NCBI GenBank assembly: GCA_026023565.1
Contig: JAPETS010000054.1
Span: forward strand, 62,001 to 126,000
From: Cirrosporium novae-zelandiae
Lineage: Eukaryota
Length of the DNA: 64,000 nucleotides
Direction: 5' to 3'
The position numbers were made by a program, and so were the translations under genes. Below the pieces are notes generated by a model. That model had not been told where the DNA came from. It saw only the letters and a program-made list of their open reading frames with translations, and searched no databases. Positions 1-11,796 of this stretch are shown here, in pieces. Positions within the stretch are counted from its first letter, which is position 1. Each line of letters begins with the position of its first letter.

Positions 1-980
1 TACAATCCCACGACCGACACCAATTTTAAGGTCAAATTTGAACACGACGGCGATGAGGAGACCCTACCAACCCGTAAATACGGCAATTATTCCGGTTCTA
101 ATTCCACTTCTGGTGTTGGGACTCCTATCAAACACTCTGGGGCGGAGGCAACTCTTCCACCGTCAGTTCCTCCCAGCTATACTCAAAGGTTCAAAGACCA
201 TATGAAAGGGGAAGTTACCAGGAAGGGAACTGATATTGTGTTGATCGTATGCTGTTTCTTAAGTGGGTTGATCGACAGTGTTGCGTTCAATGGCTGGGGA
301 TGTTTTGTGTCTATGCAAAGCGGTATGTTATTACGCAAGGGTATTCCTTTACTGTACACCGAATTAAACATCTTTAAATAGGAAATACGGTCTTTGTGGG
401 CCTCGGTACCTCTAATCATCCTGACAACGCTTCACAACGCTGGGCGAAAGCCCTCATTTCCATTTTCTGTTTCCTCCTAGGCTCGTTTTTCTTCAGCAGG
501 TGCTCCAGATACTTTGGCCCTCTTCGGCGTGCCACGTTGGTTTCATCCTTTGTGCTTCAATCTATCATCACGTTTGTTTGTGCTGCCCTCGAAGAAACAG
601 GAGTGGTACCAAGTGCTACCGATGGTAATGGTGCGAATGCGCCCATTCATTGGATCCAACTACTCCCGATTGGTCTGTTGGCCTTTCAAAGTTCGGGACA
701 GGTTGTTACCAGTCGACTTCTAGCATTCAATGATATCCCCACAGTTGTGCTAACCACACTTTACTGTGATCTAGTGTCCGATGCTCGGCTTTTTGCCAGC
801 AACTGGAAAACGAGCGGTCTGCGAAATCGCAGGGTCGCAGCAGTAGTGGCATTATTCGCTGGCGCTGTCGTTGGAGGCTGGATGAGTAAAACGGCGGGTA
901 TGGGAGGTGCTTTATGGCTTGCTGCTGTTATAAAATTTTCTATCGCAGTGGTATGGGGTTTCTGGGCAGGAGAATGGTAA
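1..980 (+). CDS. DUF1275 (YoaK-like) multi-pass membrane protein, 5'-partial; exons <1-322, 382-980
   Basis: Frame 1 is open from base 1 (…CCFLSGLIDSVAFNGWGCFVSMQS). A GTATGT..TAG intron at 323-381 joins it to GNTVFVGLG. The downstream motif 'SRLLAFNDIPTVVLTTLYCDL' and several hydrophobic helices are typical of fungal DUF1275 proteins. Confidence 0.85.
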
Positions 981-1397
981 TGGGAGAATATTCTCCTCGG
1001 TTTGATACGAACCAATAACATGGGGCGTTCTAAGCTCCCGCAACGGCCTTTGGGGACTTTGGACTTTGGAGTTGATGGACTTCACGGTCTGGGGTATAGA
1101 CACGTCTTTCACGCATTAGAGGATGAAAACACGAAGTCACGGTCTATCCTATAATTTCTTTTCCATCAGTGATAATGTGTACTGTGGATGTTAAGCTTTA
1201 TCCCAGGACTTTCGGTCACCGACTATCAAGCCTCCTTGGCTACAATTAATTGTTCAGGACTATATTAAAGAATGATATTCACAAATAATGATGAATTGAA
1301 AAATCAATGACAAGTCAAACAAACAATCAGGTGGCATCATAATTACCAAGAATCAAAGAATCAATTACTAATTATTTTGGACGGGATATAGAGACAT

Positions 1398-1437
1398 GTG
1401 TATTTACAGTGTATTTACAGTGTATTTACAGTGTATT
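1398..1437. repeat. Tandem repeat (GTGTATTTACA) x ~3.6
   Basis: Read directly: units at 1398, 1409, 1420 and a partial unit at 1431. Confidence 0.9.
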
Positions 1438-1879
1438 CGGCCGATACCACCAGTAAGCAACTTCAAGCCGTTCGTTCCACTGCTCCACCACCATGTCCAT
1501 CACCATAATTCAATTCCATATTAGACAACATGAAATACATGACCCTATCAACAAGTAAAATCTGTCGGCCTTTACATCTACCGCTCGTTCCGCCGATTCA
1601 CCGACGACCTGTCTAACATGACAAGCCTAAGGTCCAATTACAGTGCTCAATAGTAGTTATTCTGCTCGTCATGTCCGAGCAAGTTCCCTTGGTAAATTCC
1701 GACTATCCGATTCATGGGGCGGATGACGCCTGATAGTCTTAGATATAGGAAATATAAATATGCCTTGGAAGACTGATGGATGATTTTTGTTTTATTAACT
1801 TATTAAAACATTAACATTATCCCACTCAGATTATAGGTCTCGACCAATCATTCAACACTCAACCGAAGGAAAACCAACC

Positions 1880-2927
1880 ATGTCTTCACACCCAGCAAAG
1901 ATTGATGTCCATCATCACTTCGTTCCGGACTTTTATAGAAGCCGTAAGCCAATCGCTATCAATACTATATCTAAACGTACATGATAATGTTTTCAAATCA
2001 GTCGTCAATGGTAAAAACCCCGACGGCTGGCCCATTCCTAGCTGGGCACCAGAAACCTCGACCACGTCGATGAGCAAGTTGGGCACCTCGACCTCTATTC
2101 TCAGTCTTACATCACCTGGCACAGAGACTATCCCCGACCAAAAGGGTGCTAGAGACCTTGCACGCCAGGTTAACGAATATGCCTCTCAGCTAGTTCGCTC
2201 TTCTCCAAAGACGTTCGGCTTCTTCGCCGCACTTCCTTCGCTTCTCGACACCGAAGGTGCTCTCTCTGAAATCTGTTACGCATTCGATGAGCTTCATGCA
2301 GATGGTGTTACCCTCTTCACTCGCTACGGTGACGGTGATTCCGCTGCCTACCTTGGGAATCCCGTCTTCGCCCCTATCTGGAAAGAACTCAATCGCCGTA
2401 GTGCTGTCGTATTCATCCACCCAACTCGCCCAGGGTTCCCAAATCAGTTGGTCAACCCGCACCTCACCAGTCCCATGATTGATTTCACCTTCGAGACCAC
2501 TAAAACAGCTGTTGACCTCATCGTCACCAACACTAAACGTAATAACCCTAACTGCAAAATTATCCTCTCTCATGCGGGTGGAACTCTGCCATTCATTGCT
2601 TCCCGTATTGAGGGTATAGCCGTAAGCGCTTACCCCGAGGGTTTCCCCAAGTCCCCCGAACAAGTCATTGAAGAAGCGCGATCTTTCTACTACGATGTCG
2701 CACTCTCCCAGTCTCATCGAGTCCTCAGATGTCTCCTAGATTTCGCACCCGTGGAGCATATTCTGTTTGGAAGTGATTTTCCGTATGCGCCCGATAAGAC
2801 TATCGAGTCATTTGCGCAACAGTTGGAGGGGTTCAAGATAGATGATAAGACGCGAGAAAAGATTTATCGTACAAATGCGTTGGAGCTCTTCCCGAGACTT
2901 AGGGAGGGGAAAGGATCTCAGTTGTAA
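1880..2927 (+). CDS. Amidohydrolase_2 family metal-dependent decarboxylase/hydrolase (6-methylsalicylate/orsellinate decarboxylase- or ACMSD-like); exons 1880-1943, 2002-2927
   Basis: ATG at 1880 gives MSSHPAKIDVHHHFVP (metal-binding HxH). Intron GTAAGC..CAG at 1944-2001. Motifs 'VFIHP', 'IILSHAGGTLPF' and 'ILFGSDFPY' are present. Confidence 0.88.
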
Positions 2928-3345
2928 GGAGAGAAATTGAATGCGGGTTTCATTCAATCACGTTGGAATTTGCGTGAATGGGAAGCTGTAGGGATAGTGT
3001 TCGTGGATTCAGTACTTTCGATTACGAACAATCAATCAATGCCTATAGGGCTTTCATACCTCTTACACTTTAGCCCAGCTAGCTCCTCTGATAGGGTTTC
3101 TGAAATTACCTACGTAATTATTAGCTATCTATATTCTATCTCAGATTATCATATTTCCTTATTTAGCAATCCCAAGAAAGCCCTAATCACAAGCATGTGC
3201 AAACAAAGCAAACGCTATCTCGCGGCGTTCCATATCTGGAAGCTTAACCGAATCCTTTGGCTACTACGGTTTACTGACCTTGCCTTGACAGCTGTCGTTT
3301 GAACATTCTGTTCAGAAGATAGTCTGCAACCTCCACACTCTGAGG

Positions 3346-5258
3346 ATGAAAGGAGCTTGGGAATTCTTGCTGTTGACAGCAGCAATTCATGGAACTGTTT
3401 CTGCTGCCGATGTTCCTCGGCCAAGAGGTGTAGGCCCTGAGTGTATGTGCTTACTCCACCTGCCAGCTGTTCCTATTCAAGTATCTTCGTTTGGGAATAT
3501 GTTCTCAATTGAGCTGATTTTCCTGCTGCTTTGCTTTTTGTTGCATACGATATACTCTAGAATGGTCGATGCTAAATCTTATACATTTTTATAGTTTCTA
3601 AATACTATACTAACCCCGAGGTCTTCACATGTCTCTCCAATCCCTCTATTTCCTTCCCACTTTCCCGTATCAACGATGATTACTGCGATTGTCCTGACGG
3701 TTCGGATGAGCCTGGAACATCAGCATGCTCGTATCTCACTCCACATGCTCCCCATTTCCCCTCGGATGTCCCCGCAGGTGCGCCTTCAAATAGCACGCTG
3801 GCTCTACCTGGCTTCTGGTGCAAGAATAAGGGACACATTGGACAGTATGTACCCTTTGAACGAATTAATGATGGATTATGTGACTATGATTATTGCTGCG
3901 ATGGGAGTGATGAATGGGATGCGGTTGGGGGCGTGAAATGTGAAGATAAATGCAAGGCAATGCACAAAGAATGGAAAAAGCTCGATGATGCTCGGCAGAA
4001 GTCTCGGAGTGAAGCTATTAGGCAAAAGAAAGAGTTGATGAAAGAGGCTGCACGGTTGAAGAAGGAAACAGAAGATCACATTGACGACCTGGAGAAGCAA
4101 ATCGAGGCTGCAGCGATGAAAGTCAATAATCTCGAAATTGAAACTGCAGAAGTTGAAAAGAAAGAGCTGGGAAAGATGATTAAGAGTTCTGTTGGGAAAG
4201 GGAGCCGCATCACTGCCCTTGCTAGCTTAGCAAAACAGCGCGTAGAAGAACTCCGCTCCAAACTCTCGGAAGTGAAAGCTCAACGAGATGACCAAACTGC
4301 AAGAGTCAAGGAACTGGAAGGTATTTTGGCAGCATTCAAGGAGGAGTACAATCCCAATTTTAATGACGAGGGTGTCAAGCGTGCTGTTCGCAGCTGGGAA
4401 GACTATGCTGCTAGGGAGAAGACTGCTGACCCAGAAGCCGCCAAGGAGAGAGACCTGGAAGAGATTCTGAAGGAGGACAATGCCGAGAATGGAATCAATT
4501 GGGTGGAATGGGAGACCGAGGCCGATACTGAAGACTCAGAAGTTGATATCCGTAAGCTATTTTCAATCCCTTTCCCACAGGTGACTAACTCCAACCTAGT
4601 CTACAACCTCTCGGCCTACCTTCCTCCGTCCCTCAACTCCTGGATAAATACCAAACTCCTTGCACTGCGCCTCTGGGCAATCACAAACGGCATTCTCGCC
4701 GTCCCTAGCAGCTCCACTGGCGCCCCTTCTACCTCCGCAGTCCTCGAAGCCGCAAAAAAGAACTTGAAAGCCGCCCAGGATGATCTTTCCAACCTCCGCG
4801 ACTCCCTAACGTCACACCATGAAGACCTAACTAAAGACTACGGCCCCGATGGCGTCTTCCGCGCCCTGAAGGACCGCTGTGTCTCAACCGACGTCGGTGA
4901 ATACACCTACGAGCTTTGCTTTCTTGCCAAAACCCAACAGAAGCCCAAAAAGTCTGGCGGTTCGCAGAACATGGGCAAGTTTGTCCGCTTCGACCGTATC
5001 ATCGTCGACGAGGAAGTCTCCCCTGATGGCAAGGGTCTTGGGGTCGGTGAGCGCTGGATCATGGTGTATGATAATGGCGCGCATTGCTGGAATGGTCCTA
5101 ATCGCCGGACCACAATCGTGATGGCATGTGCAGAGACGGAGGCGATCTGGAAGGTTAGGGAGGAGGAGAAATGTGTGTATAGGATGGAGGTGGGAACACC
5201 GGCCGTTTGTGAGGTTGAGGGGAACGGTGCCAAGGAGGCCAAAAAGGACGAGTTGTAA
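3346..5258 (+). CDS. GTB1: Glucosidase II beta subunit (PRKCSH/Gtb1); exons 3346-3442, 3595-4551, 4600-5258
   Basis: Signal peptide plus 'PRGVGPE'. Spliced 'INDDYCDCPDGSDEPGTSAC' LDLa-like region, a coiled coil, MRH domain 'GEYTYELC…NGAHCWNGPNR…EEEKCVY', and a C-terminal KDEL. Confidence 0.95.
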
Positions 5259-6366
5259 GTAAGTAAATAGGTGTTGAAGATGGAAATTTTATACGGAAGC
5301 CATATATGGGTTGGCTGGTGCGGGAGGTGTGGCTAGGCCATGTTTATCCGGCCTGTTTTGATTTGACATGAGGAATATTCCAATGGTGATGGAGTTTGAT
5401 CTTTGGATTCCTACTAAACTATATAGACAAGAAAATGATGAAAATAAAGGAGTTGATTGGCAATGGACTAGCTTCTCTGCGATGATTGACTAAATGACTG
5501 GCTGGTTGATTGATACACGATACAGACATATATATATGTATAGTGCCGATTACTGCTATCCCATTTTATCTCAATTCTCATTACATGACTTTGCCGTCAA
5601 AAGATTAAACAAGACATGTCTTTTCCAAGGGGACCTAGAATCAAGTGTCCATAAAACCTGCATTTTCTATTCTTCTTCTTTTTCCATCTCTTTGGGCAAC
5701 AAGCAGATAATCAAATCAGTGAAAATATTAATCTCCTCCAGTCTAGCCTGCAGCTGTGTCAGCGGCATTAACAACGCTAGTCCTAATCTCCAACGCTGTG
5801 TTCCCTGTTTGATTAGATGGTACAAGGAATGATGAAAAGAGATAGTTGGATTAGAGACGTGGGAGAGAAGGAGAGTCATTTTTATATTTTGGAGTAAAGG
5901 TGTTTGCATGATAAAACTTTGAGCAATTAACTGCGTCGACAATCAAGATAGCTTGGATACATAATTATGTGAATATCTATCTACTTTATCTAGGGAAATA
6001 ATAGTTGACGATACCACCTGCTAAATGAATGATTCATTGCTATCTACCCAGATAGGGAGATATATAATACCAAGTGTACTACAATGTACAAGTAATTGTA
6101 ACTTTCCATCTTCCCACGAGCGTCATCGGAAGGGATGCTAAAAATGCCGACATTCGGCCGATATATCGGACCAGTTGTCCCAAGTTCTGAAGCGTGGGGT
6201 ATATATGCACGTGACATCGGCCTCCGGTGGTTGAACTTCGGTCTCCCGTCGGAGTCGGCGTCGGCGTTTTCTCATCCTGGCAATAATTGAACCCTGCCAC
6301 GGGTGGTGTAGTGAGCAGAGCTTCACCCACAGGTTCGTAGCAGCCATTGTCCGCTGTCGAAGGAAC

Positions 6367-7306
6367 ATGGTTTACCGAACATGCCTTTCCTGGCTTCTAC
6401 TTGGTTTCGTCTCTTCCTCAATTGCTACTGATGAGAACATCCTTCAGGAACCAAAGTCCATTTATGCCCTAGGCGATTCCATTCCGATCAGTTGCTTGAA
6501 CAGAACCGCGTAAGTTGTCCACTTCTCTAGCACTCGGTAGAGCTCTACTAACCACCTTTGACCATGACGACAGCGACACTGGGGAGCACATTACTCTGAA
6601 AAATGGCGATTTACAATATGTTCCGTTCCTCATCTGCAATGAAACTAGTAGACCTCTTGAGCTCTACTTCGGCATTGAAAAGGACATAAACTGCACAATC
6701 CCCTTTATCGACGACCCCTTATTCCACCTTCTCGAATTCTACGTCCACAATGACGCTCCCATGACATGTCGCATTCCTTCCCGTCCCCTCCAGAACACTA
6801 TATCGCAGTCTTCGGCTTCTGGCGACGAGTACATCCCTCTCGTTTTCTCGCTGGCCGGGGCGTTGCAGTTCAGCCACCTGCATATCTCTACCAATCTCAA
6901 TGTCCTTGTTCACGCTGGCCCCAAGATCTCTGCTCCGGGAAGCGTGGCTGCAGCTATTGCGTACAGCATACCCGAACCCTCCGCGACGCGGAAACGGATT
7001 ATTATTGGAGACCCGCTTCCCTTACGACTTAGCGTTAGATGGTACCCGACTACTTCGCTCCCTTCTGGGTGGACGGGCTATGGTGGACATATATACTTTA
7101 GTACTGTTGTATACTGCCTTCTGAGCGCGGGTGTTGGGATTGCTGTGAGCATTGCATGGTTTAGAGGTGTAGAATTGCCCAAGAGGCTGAAGAAATATGG
7201 TGGTATGAGAACTGGTGGGGAAAGGGGGCATGGTAACGGATATGGGTATGGCGGAGGATATGGCTACGGGTATGGCTATACTAATGGAGTTGGCAAGAGA
7301 GACTAA
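6367..7306 (+). CDS. Conserved fungal uncharacterised single-pass membrane protein with Gly/Tyr-rich tail; exons 6367-6509, 6574-7306
   Basis: ATG at 6367 begins a signal-peptide-like N-terminus. Intron GTAAGT..CAG at 6510-6573 joins 'IPISCLNRT' to 'DTGEHIT…QYVPFLICNET'. One TM helix (VVYCLLSAGVGIAVSIAWF) precedes GYG repeats. Confidence 0.8.
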
Positions 7307-7523
7307 TTTGAAAGATAATGCTGGATTTAACTGGCAGCCAAACAAAAATGTTTTGATATATCTTCATACCCTCATGTCTACCGGCTGAACGAGGAAATTC
7401 ACCACGTATCAAATTCATTGGCGGGCAATCTATCGTAGATGTTCAACGCGCAACAAGAAGGTGTCTATCGTATCGCACGTTGGTCGAAAGGAAGTATTGA
7501 CGATCCTCATAATGTACAAACCC

Positions 7524-8198
7524 TCACCAGCCCATCCTCCTCATCGCCTCCACCTGTTGGACCACCGCAACAAAGCTCTGTTTGAATTGCCTTTTCCATC
7601 GCGTCCTCCTTAGCCTTTTTCTGCGCATGCCCTGCCGCTCATGGAACTTTTGAGCACGAAAGTCATGGGGAACTCTATTCCGGGTTACGAGTGAGCTCAT
7701 GCGACGGAGAGCAGCACCAACATCTGTACCTCTCCTCGGATCAACATCGATGCTACGGCCTAAGTTTGGACCGAGCCGGAGGCTGAGGGCTTCGTCTTGA
7801 GCCTCGTTGATTTGATTAAAACGGTCCATAATCGGTCTTGGTTTTGTTGTGTTCATGTAGTATAGATTGGTATTCTGGGGTCTTTTATAATCCCCTGGTA
7901 GTGAAGGGGAGAGGGGTTTGTGGTTGAATAACCCATCAATCATGCTCCCAACACCCAGGGCTGTAGTAGGACGGCTTGGCTTGGAAGTCGGAACCGCGGG
8001 TGAGGGCTGCTCGACCCTTAAGCCAAAGGGGCGCGAGCTAAAGGACCTAGATAAAGGGGATGCCTGCAAATTCGAACATTGGTGCTGTTGTATAATAGTA
8101 GTGGCGATGCGACTTGGGGAGGAGCTGGCTCCGCTCTGAACAAGGTGGGAGGAAAGTGGAGTCGATCGCAGGACCGTATTCACAATTGTAGCCCTCAT
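7524..8198 (-). CDS. MRP21: Mitochondrial small-subunit ribosomal protein bS21m
   Basis: Ser/Arg-rich presequence-like N-terminus from the ATG at 8198. C-terminal S21 signature 'LGPNLGRSIDV…QKFHERQGMRRKRLRRTRWKRQF…RRMGW'. Confidence 0.88.
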   Translation of the reverse strand: MRATIVNTVLRSTPLSSHLVQSGASSSPSRIATTIIQQHQCSNLQASPLSRSFSSRPFGLRVEQPSPAVPTSKPSRPTTALGVGSMIDGLFNHKPLSPSLPGDYKRPQNTNLYYMNTTKPRPIMDRFNQINEAQDEALSLRLGPNLGRSIDVDPRRGTDVGAALRRMSSLVTRNRVPHDFRAQKFHERQGMRRKRLRRTRWKRQFKQSFVAVVQQVEAMRRMGW

Positions 8199-8682
8199 CT
8201 TGATGGAAGAAGTGGAGATTCTTGAATGGAAGAATAAAAAGAACGACACACCATTCAAGGTATTCTCTCAAACGACATGGATGCTGGTCGACAACAGCAG
8301 TATCAAGAGTTCAGATATTGTAGTTGAAGTCTTGACGATACGAAGCTTAGCCATTAAATTATTTTGGGTTTGGTCACCGGAGCCGCACCTTGTCGTAACC
8401 GGAGACTTTTGTGATTGGCTGATTGCTCAATTATTCTTCGCATGAAGCTCATTGCCAAACTATTTTATTTCAATTCAGCTATTTCAAGCCTCATATTTCA
8501 TTTCATCACCTATTTATTCCCACCATTCAACCTTGATAGCTAATCATCCTTAAGTCGGAACTTGCCATCATTACCCTTGATTTTGTTTCAAAAGGCAAAC
8601 TGGTAAACTGATAACCAGCACACTAACCTTCTGCCTGAACTTTTCATTGACTTGAATCACTTTAGATTCTTTTGAACACAAC

Positions 8683-11203
8683 ATGTATAATCCATATCAA
8701 GGTTTGCTAAACTCGCCATCCTGTGATGTTGATGAATGGCGATACTAAGTCTCTAATGTAGCATCGAACCCTTTTGGACGGCCCCCAGACTTTGGGGCCT
8801 TTGGCGCTCCAGGCGCTCCTCCAGGCATGGGTGAGCTCCCATCTCCAACTATTATATCGTGTTACCTTTTGATTCATATCTATAGGACCTCCCGGCATGG
8901 CTGCCCCCGGCACCGCCCCTCCTGGTGTCCAACAGGCCAATGTATCCCAACCAGGTCGACCTGGAGGGTTTCCTCCGAATTTCCAACCACCTGCTAATAT
9001 GCCCAACATTAATTTTTCCGCTCCTGTCATTCGGCTGGGTACTACAGGACCCTCCAAACCATCAACACCAATAGGGGGCGCGTCGGGACGTGATACAGAC
9101 TCGCCGTCTACAACAGGCCGACGTGCAGGATTAGGTGCAAACCAGGGAATGGAAGCCCAGAGACAAGCGCTTCGTGAATCTATGTTACAGCTACAACCGC
9201 CGACGAAGGAAGAAATCCTGCGAACTCTATTTATTGGAAACATTACCGAAGGTGCTGGAGGCGATGACGGGATTGAGAGCATACTCAGGTCTGCAGGAAG
9301 TCTGAAAAGATGGACACGCGCGACCGACGCAGATAGTAAGGCATGCACATTTGGATTCGCAGAGTACGAGGACCCCGAAAGCCTAGCTACAGCCGTTGAA
9401 GTGCTAAGGGATGTGGAGGTGCCTGTTAAGCGTCAGACTGCGAGTGGGCAGAAGGCCCAAGACACTAAAGTGGAAAAATCTAAATTACTTGTAAGTAATC
9501 TTGAGCACCAGAGATGTTATCTTTTTTACTAATACGTTGCAGGTTGTGGTTGATGACACTACGGTGAGCTATCTGGACCAGTACAAATCATCCCGCAGCG
9601 ATCAAGACTCTATAACGAGTGAATCCCGCATTGAACATGCGAAATCGACCCTCTCTGCGATCCTACACGAACTAGAGAACCCATCTACTTTGGCACAAGG
9701 TGCAGAGAAAACCTTGATCGATCAGGACGGGGATACTGCAATGCAGGAGAGTGATGGTCAAAACGCAGCTGAGATTGTTACAATCCCGCTGACGGTCGAC
9801 GATGAGCTATCTGATATCCCCGCGGAAATGCGTGAAACTGTTGCTAAGGAAATCGCAGCCTTCCGTGATCGCAGCAACCGTCGAGACATGGAACGACTCA
9901 AGAGGGAGGAGGAAATTGAGTCCATGGAACGGGCCAGAAACCGACCAAACAGACTTGCCTCTCCTCCTGTATCAGCACCCAGCGGGCCGGCGGGAGGTGC
10001 GAATGGTATTCCGGTTGGTCCTAGAGATCGAGGCGTCCCAAATGCACCTGCTGGTCCCAAGGGATTCCACCAGGTTCCGAAAGACTACCAGAAGGGCGTG
10101 ACCTTTGTGAATGGCACTGGAATAAACGGAGCGTCCACCGCGGGTTGGATTGACAGGGAAGATGAAGATAGCGATGCCAGCGACGAAGAATTGGAACGAA
10201 GGCGCCAAGCCAAGAAGGAGGCCGAACTTGAAAAGCAATATCTTGACCAAGAGCGAAGATGGCTGAACCGTGAACGGAGTCGAACAGCAGCGGTAGAAAG
10301 AGAAAAGGCTAGAGAAAAGGAAGAGGAGGAGCGAAAGGCGATAGAGAAAGAGGCTATGGCTAAACGTCTACGGGAGTGGGACGACGACGTGGAAACTACT
10401 AAGAAGGCGGAAGAGTATTATCTCGACCGAAGTCTATGGATTCGGAATCGTGCTGGTTTCAGGACCCGGGAGGCCAACCTAGACGAGCTGGATCGAGCGG
10501 CGGAAGAGCGAGAGAAGGCGAAAAGCCAACAACAACGAGAACAAGCTCGTGGAATGGCTGACGACTTTCTTGCTCGGCAAGCTGAAGAACTTGAATCAAG
10601 GAACCGAGCTCCAAGCCAGCCACAGCGCTTCAAGCTATCCCTGGGAGCTGCTGCCCAGAAGGCTCATACCGCTGCTTCTACGAGACGTACAGCGGCCGAA
10701 GTGGAGGGATTACTGGAGGATGAAGAGGATATTGATACGACTGCCAAACGTACTCTGGTGCCCATCAAGTTTGATACAGCGGCAGAGGCGTCGGCATTGA
10801 CCGACGAAGAGCGGAAACAAGCTCAACGACAGCTGGCTGCAGATATACCTTCAGACAAAGACGGATTATGGAAATGGGAGGTCAAGTGGGATTACGTGGA
10901 TGAAACGGTGATTGGAGAATCACTGAAACCGTTTGTGGAAAAGAAGATTATGGAGTATTTGGGTGTACAGGAGCAGATGCTAGTTGATGTGGTAGAGGAG
11001 CATATTCGGAAGAGAGGGTCTCCACAAGAATTGGTGGAGCATCTGGAAGGGGTAAGTTTATCTTTGTGTTCTACATTTCCGATGGCACCTGACTGACATG
11101 AATATGTGTATAGGCCCTTGATGAAGAAGCGGAAGTTTTGGTGAAGAAGCTTTGGAGGATGATTATTTTCATTTCCGAAAGCGATAAAAGAGGACTGCGT
11201 TAA
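8683..11203 (+). CDS. SNU71: U1 snRNP-associated protein Snu71/Usp107 (RBM25-like; RRM, charged coil, PWI); exons 8683-8701, 8762-8830, 8886-9490, 9543-11051, 11114-11203
   Basis: Pro/Gly-rich N-terminus and an RRM with 'LFIGNI…FGFAEYED'. An R/E-rich region is followed by the PWI domain 'LKPFVEKKIMEYLGVQE…ALDEEAEVLVKKLWRMIIF'. All four introns have GT..AG ends. Confidence 0.9.
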
Positions 11204-11210
11204 AAGATGG

Positions 11211-11510
11211 AGGGGGGGGTGATTTGTTTGGGGTTTGGGGTTTGGGGTTATAAGTGTATGTTAGAGAGCAAAAAACAAAAACAATTAATTGAGTTGATGG
11301 TGGAAAAAGAAGTGGACGAGGAAGTGGACGAGGAAGTGGAAAAGGTAACGGAAGAGGATTCCGGGGGGTAATTTCTCCGGAGCCAAGCTTTCCCACGACT
11401 TGGTACCTGCGTCTCACTAGCGTGGGGAGACACCCAAGAAGATGATGAGGGATGATGAGGGATGATGGGGGGATGATGGGGGGGATGATGGGGGGGGGAT
11501 GGGGGGATGG
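11211..11510. repeat. G-rich simple repeats: G-run + (TTTGGGG)n, (GAAGTGGACGAG)n, (GATGATGGGG)n
   Basis: Read directly at 11212-11249, 11309-11340 and 11441-11510. Confidence 0.8.
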
Positions 11511-11796
11511 TTCAACAGATCCAAGGGTTTACTGTAGTCTAGTCCTCGGTCAACAATTGCCCCGCTATGAACAGCAATATGTGAAAACCCTCCCCCCCAC
11601 TTCCATCACCATTTTCAATCTGATTGGGGCCAATTCTTCCGTCAATCAACGACCATTTATTATATACTTTGGCCCTTTTTATCCTTTGACATTGTGTACA
11701 TAAAGAATATAATCTGCATTCCTTTTCCCCTTGTCCATCCTGCTCTTTCTCCTTCCAATCCCATCTTCCCTTCAATTGATTTCTGACTTGCCCATC

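Noticed and set aside
1398..1437. Direct repeats as a CRISPR-like array
   Set aside because: Contiguous 11-bp units without spacers in a eukaryotic genome; a simple minisatellite.
11520..11796. Galacturonate-responsive element (TCCNCCAAT) in the lgd1 promoter
   Set aside because: Only near-matches were found (TCCTTCCAAT, GGCCCCAAT); no exact site.
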